DNA of 60,930 nt from Actinomycetales bacterium (GCA_038242035.1 JBBSSN010000001.1:1-60930), one strand, 5' to 3'; counted from the first letter of the stretch, positions 13,126 through 23,405 are shown. The notes: generated by a model from the sequence alone, not told the origin. Made by a program: numbers and translations.

Positions 13126-13502
13126 GAGGGATCCTTCCACAGACCTTCAGGCGTGTTCTGCGAAACCCTTACCGTTCTTCGAACTGATTCGACGCCAAAC
13201 TGACCCGCTGCATTCGGCGAATACAACTGATTTCATGGCAAAGCCCACCGCTATATGAAGGCTGAAGGTTAAGAGGGGAGACGCAAAGTTCCACGATACG
13301 GCAAAGCGCCGCCTATGTCCAGTGGACCTACATCATACGCCCCAACTCCCGGATTTGCGTGCACGCGCGGTGTCCGAATTGACGGCGGCACGGGATCCTG
13401 CGGAAATAACCAACCGCTGCAAACTGTTAGATTCTATGTGAGCGGCGCCTCAACGACGATTACGCTGCTGAATTTTTGACGATGAAAGTGAAGTGCCCTT
13501 CC

Positions 13503-14711
13503 ATGACCGTGAATTCTTCTGACGCAAATGCCTCCGACATCGTGATCCTGGGCGGCGCCCGGACGCCGTTTGGCCGGCTGAACGGCCAGCTCGGCAGCTT
13601 CAGTGCAGTGGAGCTGGGGGCGAAGGCCATCACCGGCGCCCTGGAACGCGCCGCAGTATCGGCGGAACAGGTGGACGCCGTCATCATGGGACAGGTGATC
13701 CAGGCCGGGGCCGGCCAGAATCCGGCCCGACAAAGTGCCATTGCAGCCGGAATCGGCTGGGACGTTCCCACCGTCACGATCAATAAAGTGTGCCTCTCCG
13801 GGCTGGCCGCCATCACGGATGCAGCACGCTTGATCCGTTCGGGTGAGGCAACCGTGGTGGTTGCCGGGGGCCAGGAATCCATGAGCAACGGCCCGCACCT
13901 GCTTCCCGGCTCCCGGCAGGGCTGGACCTACGGTGACATTACCGCCGTCGACTCGGTCGCCCACGACGGACTGACGGACGCCTTTGATCACGAGTCAATG
14001 GGGAGCTCCACCGAGCGGCACAACACCTCCCTCGGCATTGATCGTAGTGCCCAGGACGAGGTTGCCGCTGCCTCGCATCAGCGCGCGGCCGCCGCAGCGG
14101 AATCGGGAATTTTCGACGACGAAATTGTCGCCGTAGCGGTTCCGCAGCGCAAGGGCCCCGACCTGACCGTCGAAAAGGACGAAGGCCTGCGGCCGCAGAC
14201 AACCGTCCAGACGCTGGCGGGGCTGCGGCCCGCCTTCGCCAAAGACGGCACCATCACGGCAGGGAACTCCTCCCCGCTCTCCGACGGCGCTGCCGCCGTC
14301 GTACTCAGTACCCGCGGCTATGCCCAGGACAACGGACTGTCCTGGCTCGCCGTCGTCGGCAAACCCGGACAGGTGGCGGGACCGGATACCTCATTGCAGT
14401 CCCAGCCCTCCAACGCAATCAACAAGGCCCTCAAACTGGCCGGCTGGAGCGTGGCGGAATTGGATTTCATAGAAATCAACGAGGCATTCGGCGCAGTTGC
14501 CGTGCAGTCCTTGAAGGATCTCCACTACCCGTTGGAAAAGTGCAATATCCACGGCGGAGCGATCTCCATGGGCCATCCGATCGGAGCGTCCGGCGCACGG
14601 CTCGCGCTGCATGCCGCCCAGGAGCTGCGGCGCCGGGGTACGGGTAAGGCCGCGGTCTCGCTCTGCGGCGGCGGGGGCCAAGGTGAAGCCCTGCTCCTGT
14701 ACCGGGACTGA
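13503..14711 (+). CDS. Acetyl-CoA C-acetyltransferase (thiolase)
   Basis: NKVCLSG catalytic Cys, NEAF, GHPIGASG, CGGGG motifs; exact start uncertain (13476-13509). Confidence 0.95.
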   Translation: MTVNSSDANASDIVILGGARTPFGRLNGQLGSFSAVELGAKAITGALERAAVSAEQVDAVIMGQVIQAGAGQNPARQSAIAAGIGWDVPTVTINKVCLSGLAAITDAARLIRSGEATVVVAGGQESMSNGPHLLPGSRQGWTYGDITAVDSVAHDGLTDAFDHESMGSSTERHNTSLGIDRSAQDEVAAASHQRAAAAAESGIFDDEIVAVAVPQRKGPDLTVEKDEGLRPQTTVQTLAGLRPAFAKDGTITAGNSSPLSDGAAAVVLSTRGYAQDNGLSWLAVVGKPGQVAGPDTSLQSQPSNAINKALKLAGWSVAELDFIEINEAFGAVAVQSLKDLHYPLEKCNIHGGAISMGHPIGASGARLALHAAQELRRRGTGKAAVSLCGGGGQGEALLLYRD

Positions 14712-14821
14712 GCGGCAAGACCTGCGCAGAGTTGGGGCCCGGCCCTGCGCAGGTTTGCTCCTGCGCGGCGTTCGCACTTGGCGCTGCGCAGGATGGTCCG
14801 CTCCGACGCAGATCCGACGCA

Positions 14822-14855
14822 AAGAAGCCCCGCACCAACCGGTGCGGGGCTTCTT
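14822..14855. terminator. Bidirectional intrinsic terminator between thiolase and rplL
   Basis: Perfect 15-bp arms AAGAAGCCCCGCACC-aacc-GGTGCGGGGCTTCTT between convergent genes. Confidence 0.9.
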
Positions 14856-14872
14856 CGTAGCTGGGGTAACTG

Positions 14873-15247
14873 CTACTTGAGGGTAACGGTTGCGCCGGCT
14901 GCTTCCAGGGATTCCTTTGCCTTCTCGGCAGCTTCCTTGGTCGCGCCTTCGAGAACGGCCTTCGGTGCGGAGTCGACGACGTCCTTGGCTTCCTTCAGTC
15001 CGAGGGAGGTCAGGGCGCGCACCTCCTTGATGACGGCAATCTTCTTATCGCCGGCAGCTTCGAGGATGACGTCGAAGGAATCCTTCTCGACCTCTTCCTC
15101 AGCGGCGCCGCCTGCGGGACCGGCAACGGCAACGGCCGCGGCGGTGACCTCGAAGGTCTCCTCGAAGACCTTGACGAACTCGGAGAGCTCGATGATGGTC
15201 AGTTCCTTGAAAGCTGCAATGAGCTCGTCGTTGGTGAGCTTAGCCAT
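14873..15247 (-). CDS. rplL: 50S ribosomal protein L7/L12
   Basis: [31 protein letters not shown]. Confidence 0.99.
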   Translation of the reverse strand: MAKLTNDELIAAFKELTIIELSEFVKVFEETFEVTAAAVAVAGPAGGAAEEEVEKDSFDVILEAAGDKKIAVIKEVRALTSLGLKEAKDVVDSAPKAVLEGATKEAAEKAKESLEAAGATVTLK

Positions 15248-15346
15248 GTGTGGCGCTCCTTCTTGTTCTTGGCCTGGACGGCCGGAATCTATAACCCAAA
15301 GTCCTCGTGGAATTCGGGATGGAACCGGGAGGGAATCCCGTGAGGG

Positions 15347-16012
15347 CTAAGCCTCGGTGGTCTGCGCTTCTGCGGGCGCTTCAACAGCAGCTTCCGCGTC
15401 AGCGGCAGGTGCCTCAACAGCAGCTTCCGCGCCAGCGGCAGGCGCTTCTGCGGGTGCTTCGTCAGCGGCAGGCGCTTCTGCGGGTGCTTCGTCAGCGGCA
15501 GGTGCCTCGTCCGCAGCGGGTGCCTCGGTGCCTTCGTCAAGCTTGATACGCAGGGCATCAAGAGTGCGGGCGGCAGCCGCCATCGGCGCGAGCAGAACTG
15601 CAGCGACACGGGCCAACTGGACTTCGCGCGACTCCAGAGCAGCAAGTGCAGCTACTTCAGCAGCATCGAGCGCCCTGCCTTCGAAGTAACCGGTCTTGAT
15701 GACCAGTGCCTTGTGGGCTTTTGCAAAATCCGTCAGGCTCTTTGCTGCCGCAATAGCGTCACCCTTGATGAATGCGATGGCGGTGGGGCCGGCCAGATGG
15801 CCTTCGAAAGCACCCACACCAGCTTCCTTTGCCGCAATGGCGGTCAGGGTGTTCTTGACGACCGAGAACTTGTTCTCGCGGCCGAGAGAGACACGCAGCT
15901 CCTTGAGCTGTGCAACGGTGAGCCCACGGTATTCGGTTAGGACTGCAGCGTTGGAGGCGTTGAAATCTTTAGTGATTTCCTCCACGGCTGCCACCTTATT
16001 CGGCGTTGCCAT
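15347..16012 (-). CDS. rplJ: 50S ribosomal protein L10 with acidic Ala/Glu/Pro C-terminal tail
   Basis: EYRGLTVAQL, VVKNTL, GPTAIAF; position upstream of rplL. Confidence 0.98.
   Translation of the reverse strand: MATPNKVAAVEEITKDFNASNAAVLTEYRGLTVAQLKELRVSLGRENKFSVVKNTLTAIAAKEAGVGAFEGHLAGPTAIAFIKGDAIAAAKSLTDFAKAHKALVIKTGYFEGRALDAAEVAALAALESREVQLARVAAVLLAPMAAAARTLDALRIKLDEGTEAPAADEAPAADEAPAEAPAADEAPAEAPAAGAEAAVEAPAADAEAAVEAPAEAQTTEA
15433..15502. repeat. 30-bp coding tandem repeat in rplJ tail
   Basis: CAGCGGCAGGCGCTTCTGCGGGTGCTTCGT at 15433-15462 and 15463-15492 plus a partial third copy. Confidence 0.9.
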
Positions 16013-16073
16013 AACCCTCCTTCCGGGAAATTAAAGCCGGTCAGTTCGGGTCCCGGTGCCGGGAAAACAGCAC

Positions 16074-16285
16074 AAACTAAAAACGCCCCGCGCAGATGCC
16101 CGGGGCTTTGCCCCAACACGTCATCCGGAGACCGGATGATTGTGGAGGCTCACTTCGTTCACCTGCGCCGGCCGCCCTAGGAAAGGGACTTTCGGATGGA
16201 CCTTTACCCGCATTCCCGCACGCGCTGACAGAATGTCATTGTTAGAGGGGGGCAAAATTCCGTCGACCGACGGTCTTTGGTGTCT
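16074..16285 (-). promoter_or_regulatory. Putative L10 leader (autoregulatory RNA) with terminator-like hairpin
   Basis: Minus strand CCAAAGACCGTCGGTCG...AAAGGTCC...GCGCAGGTGA resembles actinobacterial rplJ leaders; hairpin GCCCCG..CGGGGC followed by GTTTTTAGTTT at ~16074-16106. Confidence 0.65.
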
Positions 16286-16339
16286 TAACCCTACTGGATC
16301 GAACCCCGGCGCGACAAATCCCGGGCCCCGGCCACAGTC

Positions 16340-17458
16340 CTAGGCACCGCCGCCGATGGTCTTTTGCCACTGGCCGGTAACCCCGGCCGGAGCGAAGCCG
16401 AGTTTGCGGTTAACCTCGATCATGTAGCTCCTCTCCGCCACATTCCAGGTGTAGACGGAGCGGGCCAAGGGGAAGCGTCCGGCCAAGAGCGCCAAGTTCT
16501 TCAGCTTAATCAGCATGCCCAGATCCTTCCCCCGGTGTTCGGGCAGCACCACGGTCTCGTCCTGGAAAACAACGTCATCCCGATGCCCCAGCACGGCGAT
16601 GGAGCTAAAGCCGACCAGCTTGCCGGTAGCGCGTTCCTCCACCGCGGTCACCAGCATGTGGCGGCCGCGCACTTGGGCCAGTGTTTCGGTTTCCCGCAGC
16701 CGCTCCACGGTCCATTGTTCCTCTTCAAGGTCGACGGCGGTTCCAGCGCCATGAGCAGCGTCGCCTGCCGCGTCACCCGTCATGGCGGATTCCAGCGCCA
16801 CAATGCACTCCACCCATCGCTGCGGGCATTGGTCCACCCACTGGTGCACAGCGTAGTTGTTGCCTCGTAAAGCGCTCACACCGGCCTCGAGACCGGCAGC
16901 CAGCTCCGGATCCAGAGGTACGCGGCAGGCACTGAACTGCTCCACCTGCTGTAGCGCGTATCCCGCGTTTCGCGCGAATGAAACCTCGCGACTGCTCAGC
17001 GGCAGATACCCCATGCCATTGGCCGCGCTCAGGCTTTCGTCGCCCTTCCGGCCAAGCGTCGCAGCCGGGTGGTTAGTCTCGATCATGACGTTGCGCCGGT
17101 TTTCACCCCGAATAAACTGCTCGGCGGCCGCCAGCAGTTCCCGCCCCACACCGTTGTTCTGGGCAGAGGGCAGCACGTCCAGGGTGACATGCGCCAGGTC
17201 AGTGTTATCGGTCAGCGGTAGTGCGATCCCCGCACGTCCCACAATCACGTCGTCGACCCGGGCCAGCAGGACCACGTACCACTCATAGGGGTCCGAAAAT
17301 GTCTGCAGCATTTCGGCCGCAGTGTAGGCGAGGTCATCATTTCCCCAAGTGTGGATGCGGACTTGCCGTGATACCTCCACGGAGGTCAGCAAATCTGCTG
17401 CTTCTGGGCCCGCCAGGGATTCGGGAGGCCGAAGCTGCTCGATCCGGACCGTCGTCAT
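16340..17458 (-). CDS. Tandem-domain GNAT family acetyltransferase
   Basis: Two motif-A-like segments (VLPSAQNNGVG; VLPEHRGKDLG) and C-terminal N..LGF; start ATG 17458 after GGAAGG. Confidence 0.85.
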   Translation of the reverse strand: MTTVRIEQLRPPESLAGPEAADLLTSVEVSRQVRIHTWGNDDLAYTAAEMLQTFSDPYEWYVVLLARVDDVIVGRAGIALPLTDNTDLAHVTLDVLPSAQNNGVGRELLAAAEQFIRGENRRNVMIETNHPAATLGRKGDESLSAANGMGYLPLSSREVSFARNAGYALQQVEQFSACRVPLDPELAAGLEAGVSALRGNNYAVHQWVDQCPQRWVECIVALESAMTGDAAGDAAHGAGTAVDLEEEQWTVERLRETETLAQVRGRHMLVTAVEERATGKLVGFSSIAVLGHRDDVVFQDETVVLPEHRGKDLGMLIKLKNLALLAGRFPLARSVYTWNVAERSYMIEVNRKLGFAPAGVTGQWQKTIGGGA

Positions 17459-17691
17459 GAGAGCCCTTCCGGATCTGGACGGCCCGGCACAAGCCCGACG
17501 ACGCATGATGCGCCCGGGAAATCGCCAGGGTTGTCGGACCGATGTGGCACATCGGTGTTGCTGCTCAACATCATTGTTAAGCCACTTTCTCCAGAGTTGA
17601 TCACATCATAGGCCCGTCGTGGTGCAGTCAATCATCTTGCGGCATTTTCCTCGGCAGGGTCTTCCTCAGCTGGGTTTCCCCGGCGGAGTAC

Positions 17692-17731
17692 GCAAAAGAC
17701 CGGTGCAGCAATTGCTGCACCGGCCTCTTGC
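17692..17731 (-). terminator. Intrinsic terminator after rplA
   Basis: Palindrome CCGGTGCAGCAATTGCTGCACCGG (17700-17723) followed by TCTTTT on minus strand. Confidence 0.85.
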
Positions 17732-17743
17732 ACAATGCTGTAC

Positions 17744-18451
17744 TTATGCCTCGGTCAGAACCTTGGTGACGTTGGGATCCACGGCGATGCCGGGGCCGAA
17801 CGTGGTGCTGACGGTGGCCTTCTGCAGGTAACGGCCCTTGGAAGCGGACGGCTTCAGACGAAGCACCTCTTCCAGCGCTGCCGCATAGTTCTGCGCCAGG
17901 GCGATGGCGTCGAAGGAAACCTTGCCGACGATGAAATGAAGGTTGGAATGCTTATCGACACGGAAGTCGATCTTTCCGCCCTTGATGTCCTGAACGGCCT
18001 TGGCAACATCATTCGTGACCGTACCGGTCTTCGGGTTCGGCATCAGGTTGCGCGGGCCCAGGATCTTACCCAGGCGACCGACCTTACCCATCAGATCCGG
18101 GGTTGCCACGGCGGAATCGAAATCCGTCCAGCCACCCTGAATCTTCTCGATCAGGTCGTCAGAACCAACGAAGTCGGCGCCGGCTGCGATGGCGGCCTCG
18201 GCACGGTCACCCGTAGCGAAAACCAGAACGCGGGCTGTCTTACCTGTTCCGTGCGGCAGGATAACGGTGCCTCGCACCATCTGGTCCGCCTTGCGGGGAT
18301 CTACGCCCAACCGGAAGGCAACCTCAACGGTCGCATCGAACTTGGACGGATTTGTGTCCTTGGCGAGGTTAAGGGCCTCAAGCGGCGCGTAAAGATTCTC
18401 CGCGTCGATCTTGGCGGCCGCTGCCTCATATGCTTTGCTGCGCTTTGCCAT
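17744..18451 (-). CDS. rplA: 50S ribosomal protein L1
   Basis: [31 protein letters not shown]. Confidence 0.99.
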   Translation of the reverse strand: MAKRSKAYEAAAAKIDAENLYAPLEALNLAKDTNPSKFDATVEVAFRLGVDPRKADQMVRGTVILPHGTGKTARVLVFATGDRAEAAIAAGADFVGSDDLIEKIQGGWTDFDSAVATPDLMGKVGRLGKILGPRNLMPNPKTGTVTNDVAKAVQDIKGGKIDFRVDKHSNLHFIVGKVSFDAIALAQNYAAALEEVLRLKPSASKGRYLQKATVSTTFGPGIAVDPNVTKVLTEA

Positions 18452-18475
18452 GCTGCTGTTTCTCCTTGTGCAGTT

Positions 18476-18506
18476 GTGGTCTGCGGACCGCGCTGGGCCC
18501 TGCCAC
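18476..18506 (-). promoter_or_regulatory. Putative L1-binding leader upstream of rplA
   Basis: Minus strand GTGGCAGGGCC-loop-GGTCCGCAGACCAC: two helices with an asymmetric internal loop just upstream of the rplA SD, like L1 mRNA targets. Confidence 0.6.
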
Positions 18507-18648
18507 CAGCGGCGGGTCGCACCTGGGTGCGATATCCGCCGTCGTTATCTGTTTTTGTCTTGGTGTTCGGCGATCTCCCTGCGGACGTGGACGCCCTTGG
18601 TCTATCACCGGGACTACGTGAGTGAGGACTATGCCTCGACGTTCATTC

Positions 18649-19080
18649 TCAGGCTTCGACGGTGATACCCATGGAGCGGGCAGTGCCGGCGATGATCTTC
18701 ATGGCACCTTCGATGTCCGTCGCGTTCAGATCCACCATCTTCTGCGTCGCAATCTCGGTCACCTGAGCCTTGGTCAGGTTGGCAACCTTGACGGTATGCG
18801 GGGTTCCTGAACCCTTGGCAACACCGGCAGCCTTTTTGATCAGCTCTGCAGCCGGCGGCGTCTTGGTGATGAACGTGAATGAACGGTCTTCGTAGACGGT
18901 GATTTCCACCGGGATAACGTTGCCGCGCTGGGATTCCGTAGCAGCGTTGTACGCCTTGCAGAATTCCATGATGTTGACACCGTGCTGACCAAGGGCGGGT
19001 CCGATGGGAGGTGCCGGGTTAGCGGCGCCTGCCTGGATCTGCAGCTTGATGAGGCCGGTGACCTTTTTCTTGGGGGCCAA
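18649..19080 (-). CDS. rplK: 50S ribosomal protein L11
   Basis: [28 protein letters not shown]; TTG start. Confidence 0.99.
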   Translation of the reverse strand: MAPKKKVTGLIKLQIQAGAANPAPPIGPALGQHGVNIMEFCKAYNAATESQRGNVIPVEITVYEDRSFTFITKTPPAAELIKKAAGVAKGSGTPHTVKVANLTKAQVTEIATQKMVDLNATDIEGAMKIIAGTARSMGITVEA

Positions 19081-19234
19081 TTTCGGGTCCTTCTTTCAAT
19101 GACTTTCCTGAGGAGACGGAGCGCCCCCCAGGTTCCTTGACCATCATGGCGTGATGGTCACCGCTCCGTTCCGGCTAAGCAGGCCGGCCCGGGGCGAAGA
19201 CTAATTTCTTGTGCCGCTTCTACGGTTCCGCCGG

Positions 19235-20176
19235 CTAAATCTTCGAAACCTGGTTGAACGAAAGCGTCACCGGGGTTTCGCGTTCGAAAATGGAGACGAG
19301 GACAACAAGGGTCTGCGACTCCGGCTTGATCTCGGAGATCGTGGCCGGCAGGGTCTCGAACGGGCCGTCCTTGACGATGACGGACTCGCCGACCTCAAAG
19401 TCAACAATCGCATCGGCAGGATTATGCCTGACCGGCTGACCGGCCTCGGCCTGCTCCTCCTCGAAGATCGGCGCAAGCATCGAGAAAACCTCGTCAAGGC
19501 GCAGCGGAACCGGATTGTGCGCGTTCCCGACGAAACCGGTGACACCGGGCGTGTGGCGTACGGCACCCCACGATGCATCAGTCAGTTCCATCCGGACCAG
19601 AACATAACCGGGGATGCGGACGCGGTTCACGATCTTGCGCTGCGCGTTCTTGATCTCCACGACCTCTTCCATCGGCACCTGAATTTCGAAGATGTAATCT
19701 TCCATATTCAGGGACGTGATGCGGGTTTCGAGGTTCGCCTTGACGCGGTTTTCGTAGCCGGCGTAGGAGTGGATGACGAACCAGTCGCCCTCCTGTCGGC
19801 GCAGTTTGGCCTTGAATTCATCAGCCGGGTCAACCGCGGCCTCAGCAGCGGCCAACGCCAAGGCGTCTTCGCTGTTGTCGTCGGCACTGTTGTCGTCAGC
19901 GGCACTGTCACCGTCGGCGGCACTGTTGTCGTCAGCGGCACTGTCACCGTCAGCGCTGTTGTCGTCAGTTACGTCACCGTCGTCGACGGCGTCACTGGCG
20001 GCGCCGTCGTCGGCCGCGGTTTCGTCGACAGCCTCGTCGTCCGTCCCGCTGGGCGCGTGGACGGAAGATTCTTCTCCGGTTTCGGTTACAGCGGAAGCCG
20101 AATTGCCGTCTGCGGCATCCGCAGCCGTACTCTCGTCCAGCACACTCTGCGTTGCTTCGAGTTCCTGCTCAGACAC
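19235..20176 (-). CDS. nusG: Transcription factor NusG with long acidic N-terminal extension
   Basis: [41 protein letters not shown]; start GTG 20176. Confidence 0.98.
   Translation of the reverse strand: MSEQELEATQSVLDESTAADAADGNSASAVTETGEESSVHAPSGTDDEAVDETAADDGAASDAVDDGDVTDDNSADGDSAADDNSAADGDSAADDNSADDNSEDALALAAAEAAVDPADEFKAKLRRQEGDWFVIHSYAGYENRVKANLETRITSLNMEDYIFEIQVPMEEVVEIKNAQRKIVNRVRIPGYVLVRMELTDASWGAVRHTPGVTGFVGNAHNPVPLRLDEVFSMLAPIFEEEQAEAGQPVRHNPADAIVDFEVGESVIVKDGPFETLPATISEIKPESQTLVVLVSIFERETPVTLSFNQVSKI
19871..19968. repeat. 18/36-bp coding tandem repeats in nusG N-terminal extension
   Basis: 36-bp units 19883-19918 and 19919-19954 (one mismatch) encoding [12 protein letters not shown], with degenerate flanking copies. 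Confidence 0.88.
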
Positions 20177-20272
20177 GTATTTCCTGCTTTCCTTTTCCGA
20201 ACTTAAGTGGCTCAAACCGGCCCGCACTACGGCCTCCGCAAACCCAAAACGGGCCGCCGAGGACCAGCACTC

Positions 20273-20554
20273 CTAATGCTCTACGGTTCCGCTTCCGCCG
20301 AAAATCCATAACACGGCCTTGCCGAAGGCAAGATCCAAGCCCGTGACGATCCCCATCATGATGACCACAAACACCAAAACCACCAGTGTATAATTCACCA
20401 GCTCTTGCCGGGTCGGGGCCACCACCTTCCGCAGCTCCCCCACGACCTGGCGAAAAAAGAGCGCGATGCGGGCGAAGAAACCGGGCTTACCGGGTTTTGT
20501 GCTCTTCCTGGCGGGGCGGCCACGGGAGCTGTCGGCAGCTGTTTCGGTCACCAA
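20273..20554 (-). CDS. secE: Preprotein translocase subunit SecE
   Basis: ELRKVVAPTRQEL motif and one TM helix; between tRNA-Trp and nusG. Confidence 0.96.
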   Translation of the reverse strand: MVTETAADSSRGRPARKSTKPGKPGFFARIALFFRQVVGELRKVVAPTRQELVNYTLVVLVFVVIMMGIVTGLDLAFGKAVLWIFGGSGTVEH

Positions 20555-20601
20555 TGCCTCACTCGTCCTTGTCGGTCAGTTCCCCAGTTCACGCTGAACG
20601 G

Positions 20602-20655
20602 TTCTCTCCTGCTGGTGCTTCTCTCCTGCTGGTACTTCCGTAATACTGGTGCTTC
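20602..20655. repeat. 3 x 17-bp tandem repeat between tRNA-Trp and secE
   Basis: TTCTCTCCTGCTGGTGC / TTCTCTCCTGCTGGTAC / TTCCGTAATACTGGTGC. Confidence 0.75.
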
Positions 20656-20675
20656 AGTGTTGATTCACCGATGTG

Positions 20676-20748
20676 CAGGGCAGACAGGACTCGAACCTGC
20701 AACCTGCGGTTTTGGAGACCGCTGCGCTACCAATTGCGCCACTACCCT
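20676..20748 (-). tRNA. tRNA-Trp (CCA)
   Basis: AGGGTAG..CTGCCCT acceptor stem, anticodon loop CTCCAAA, T-loop GGTTCGAGTCC; 73 nt; 3' CCA not encoded. Confidence 0.97.
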
Positions 20749-21169
20749 TTGTGGAAAACTCTGCTCTTTGTGAACAACTCTTTGCGAAAAACCCGGCTCT
20801 TAGCGAAGAGCCCGTGCAAAGCATCCGCATAAAGCATTCCGCTGTGATTACCCACCGTCAAACACTCACGGCCGGCGGTGATCCGCCGCCGCTGCACGGC
20901 TCTCCGTCGGCGTCCCCTCGCGGGTATCCGGCCGGAAGGCACGGTTCAGCATGGCGATTTCAACACCGGGAAACAAGTCTACGCAATCAGGGGCGCCACG
21001 TCGAACCGGGTGATGCATCGGGCGTCCCCGGGCGTCCCCTGGCGGCACGGAGTCTGCGCGGACCCAGCACGGAAGCCCGCCAAGCGGGGCCACCAACCGA
21101 AGCACGGGCGCCTAAACTAGACTCGGACCCAGCCCGCCATGGTCGAACCTCCCTAGAGAAAGAGTCCTC

Positions 21170-22405
21170 ATGTCTGCCGCACCGAGCACTGTTCCTGCCG
21201 CCACTTTCCCGCGGGTATCCGCGCGAACCGCTGCCATCGCCGAATCGGCAACGTTGGCCGTCGATGCCAAGGCAAAGGCGCTCAAGGCTGCGGGACGTCC
21301 GGTCATTGGTTTTGGTGCCGGTGAGCCTGACTTCGCCACCCCCGCTTACATTGTGGAGGCAGCCATTGACGCCGCCCGCCAACCGAAGAATCACCGGTAC
21401 TCCCCCGCCGCCGGACTGCCCGAGCTCAGGTCGGCTATCGCTGCCAAAACACTGCGGGATTCGGGCTATGCGGTAGATCCCTCGCAGGTGGTGGTGACGA
21501 ACGGCGGCAAGCAGGCCGTCTACGAAACCTTTGCCACCTTGCTGGATCCGGGCGACGAAGTATTGCTGCCCACGCCCTTCTGGACAACATACCCGGAGGC
21601 TATCCGCCTTGCTGACGGTGTTCCCGTGGAGGTTTTCGCCGGGCCGGAGCAGGGTTATCTGGTCACCGTTGATCAGCTGGAGGCCGCGCTGACGCCGCGG
21701 ACAAAGATCCTGCTGTTCGTTTCGCCGTCGAACCCTACCGGCGCGGTCTACTCTCCGGAGCAGACACGGGAAATCGGCCAGTGGGCTGCGGCCAAGGGCC
21801 TGTGGGTCGTCACCGACGAAATCTACGAGCACCTGACCTACGACGGTGTGCCCTTCACCTCGATTGCCACCGCGGCGCCGGAGCTGGGCGATCGGGTGGT
21901 CATAGTCAACGGCGTTGCAAAGACGTATGCCATGACCGGCTGGCGGGTCGGTTGGCTGATCGGCCCCAAGGATGTCGTGCAGGCAGCCACGAACCTGCAG
22001 TCGCACGCGACCTCCAACGTCGCCAATATCACTCAGCTGGCGGCCCTGGCCGCCGTCTCGGGTCCGTTGACTGCGGTGGAGGAGATGAAAGTGGCCTTCG
22101 ATCGCCGCCGCAAGGCCATTGTTGCGGGGCTGAACGCGATCGACGGCGTCGTCTGCCCAACGCCGCACGGCGCCTTCTACGTCTATGCGGACGTCCGCGG
22201 GTTGCTCGGCCGCGATCTGGGCGGCGTGCGGTGCGCCACCTCGGCCGAGCTGGCCGCCCTCATCCTGGACAAGGTGGAGGTGGCTGTTGTGCCCGGCGAG
22301 GCGTTCGGCCCCAGTGGATTCCTCCGGTTCTCCTACGCGCTTGGCGACGATGATCTAGCCGAAGGGGTCCGTCGGCTGCAGGATTTCCTGGGCCGCGCGT
22401 CGTAG
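21170..22405 (+). CDS. PLP-dependent class I/II (aspartate) aminotransferase
   Basis: [30 protein letters not shown] (PLP Lys), FLRFSY. Confidence 0.93.
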   Translation: MSAAPSTVPAATFPRVSARTAAIAESATLAVDAKAKALKAAGRPVIGFGAGEPDFATPAYIVEAAIDAARQPKNHRYSPAAGLPELRSAIAAKTLRDSGYAVDPSQVVVTNGGKQAVYETFATLLDPGDEVLLPTPFWTTYPEAIRLADGVPVEVFAGPEQGYLVTVDQLEAALTPRTKILLFVSPSNPTGAVYSPEQTREIGQWAAAKGLWVVTDEIYEHLTYDGVPFTSIATAAPELGDRVVIVNGVAKTYAMTGWRVGWLIGPKDVVQAATNLQSHATSNVANITQLAALAAVSGPLTAVEEMKVAFDRRRKAIVAGLNAIDGVVCPTPHGAFYVYADVRGLLGRDLGGVRCATSAELAALILDKVEVAVVPGEAFGPSGFLRFSYALGDDDLAEGVRRLQDFLGRAS

Positions 22406-22418
22406 CCGTACGGAAGGT

Positions 22419-22521
22419 AATTTACACTCCGCAACGGTTGGCTGGATCGCAGGCTGCGAAACCCGCATCAGGGGCCACAAATGGCAGCTGGGGCCACAGC
22501 ATCTGTTGCGCAGTGTAAATT
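22419..22521. repeat. ~100-bp element with 17-bp terminal inverted repeats (copy 1)
   Basis: AATTTACACTCCGCAAC (22419-22435) and GTTGCGCAGTGTAAATT (22505-22521), one mismatch. Confidence 0.85.
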
Positions 22522-22537
22522 GGGGACAATCAATGCC

Positions 22538-23347
22538 TCAGGCAAGCCGATCCAGCAGGAGCTGGACCTGCTCCAGCACCCGATCGGGACGCCGAAGCAC
22601 CATTTTGGCCGGGAACCGCAGGACCGGGACCAGTTGGAGCGTCAGTTGATTCCAGCGCCGGCGGTCCTCGACGAAGTCCCGCTCGCCGGTGTGGAAGTCC
22701 CGGCCGTCCAGTTCGACCACCACCTTTCCCTGGACCCAGAGATCGACCCGGCCGACGTCGTCGAACCTCTGCTGGCTCTCCACCATCAGACCGGCGGACC
22801 TGAACGTCTCCCGCGCAATCGTTTCCACCAGGGACTGGGAACCCGCGTCGATCCGGCGAAGAATCCGGCGGGCCCGGACGCTGTGCCGGCCCTGGACCGC
22901 CGCATCCAGCGCCGCCGCGGTCGTCAGCCCCTTCACGACCGCGGATTCGGCAATGACCAGTGCCTCGAGCTCGGGCAGGCACTGCAGAACCTGGCGGATA
23001 CAATCAACCACCGGCGACAGTCCGCGCACCGGCGTCCCGGTCCGGTGCGCGACATAGTTTCCCGGCGGTAGTGCCCGGCCGGAGAGGATATGCGGGATAC
23101 CGGGTTGTTTCCAGACCCACAGATGATGGACGACGGCGGCGCTTACGCAGCACAGCGCGGCAGACTGTAACGCTGCGGTCGCCACCGGCCACGACGTATC
23201 GCCGAGAACGTACGTCCCTCGGCCGATTTTGCCGATATCACCGGCCGCCGTGGACCGCTGGAGTGCGTAGCGGGTCACACCGGCGTCTTTGAGTTCCGTC
23301 CATCTGGCCACCCCACCGCGGCTCGCCAGTACGTGCTTTGGGTCCAT
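22538..23347 (-). CDS. AbiEi-like N-terminal HTH plus DUF559 (Vsr-like) nuclease-fold protein
   Basis: N-terminal RGGVARWTEL..GVT..IGRGTY; C-terminal GRVDL..VVVELDG..FH..DRRR...VLRF; start ATG 23347 (269 aa). Confidence 0.8.
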   Translation of the reverse strand: MDPKHVLASRGGVARWTELKDAGVTRYALQRSTAAGDIGKIGRGTYVLGDTSWPVATAALQSAALCCVSAAVVHHLWVWKQPGIPHILSGRALPPGNYVAHRTGTPVRGLSPVVDCIRQVLQCLPELEALVIAESAVVKGLTTAAALDAAVQGRHSVRARRILRRIDAGSQSLVETIARETFRSAGLMVESQQRFDDVGRVDLWVQGKVVVELDGRDFHTGERDFVEDRRRWNQLTLQLVPVLRFPAKMVLRRPDRVLEQVQLLLDRLA

Positions 23348-23396
23348 GCCCCATCGTCCGCCTTCAGCGGCAATGTCAGAGCGCCGCGGCGCGGAA

Positions 23397-23405
23397 TGTG
23401 CATAA
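23397..23405 (-). promoter_or_regulatory. DnaA-box-like site TTATGCACA
   Basis: Matches TTATNCACA, ~50 bp upstream of the DUF559 start; AT-rich 9-mer in a GC-rich background; single copy. Confidence 0.4.

Noticed and set aside
20676-20748. tRNA-Trp as an integration site for a prophage or ICE
   Set aside because: No duplicated tRNA end or integrase; normal aminotransferase-tRNA-secE order is intact
22538-23347. Type IV AbiE toxin-antitoxin system
   Set aside because: No AbiEii nucleotidyltransferase partner nearby; only an AbiEi-like HTH fused to DUF559
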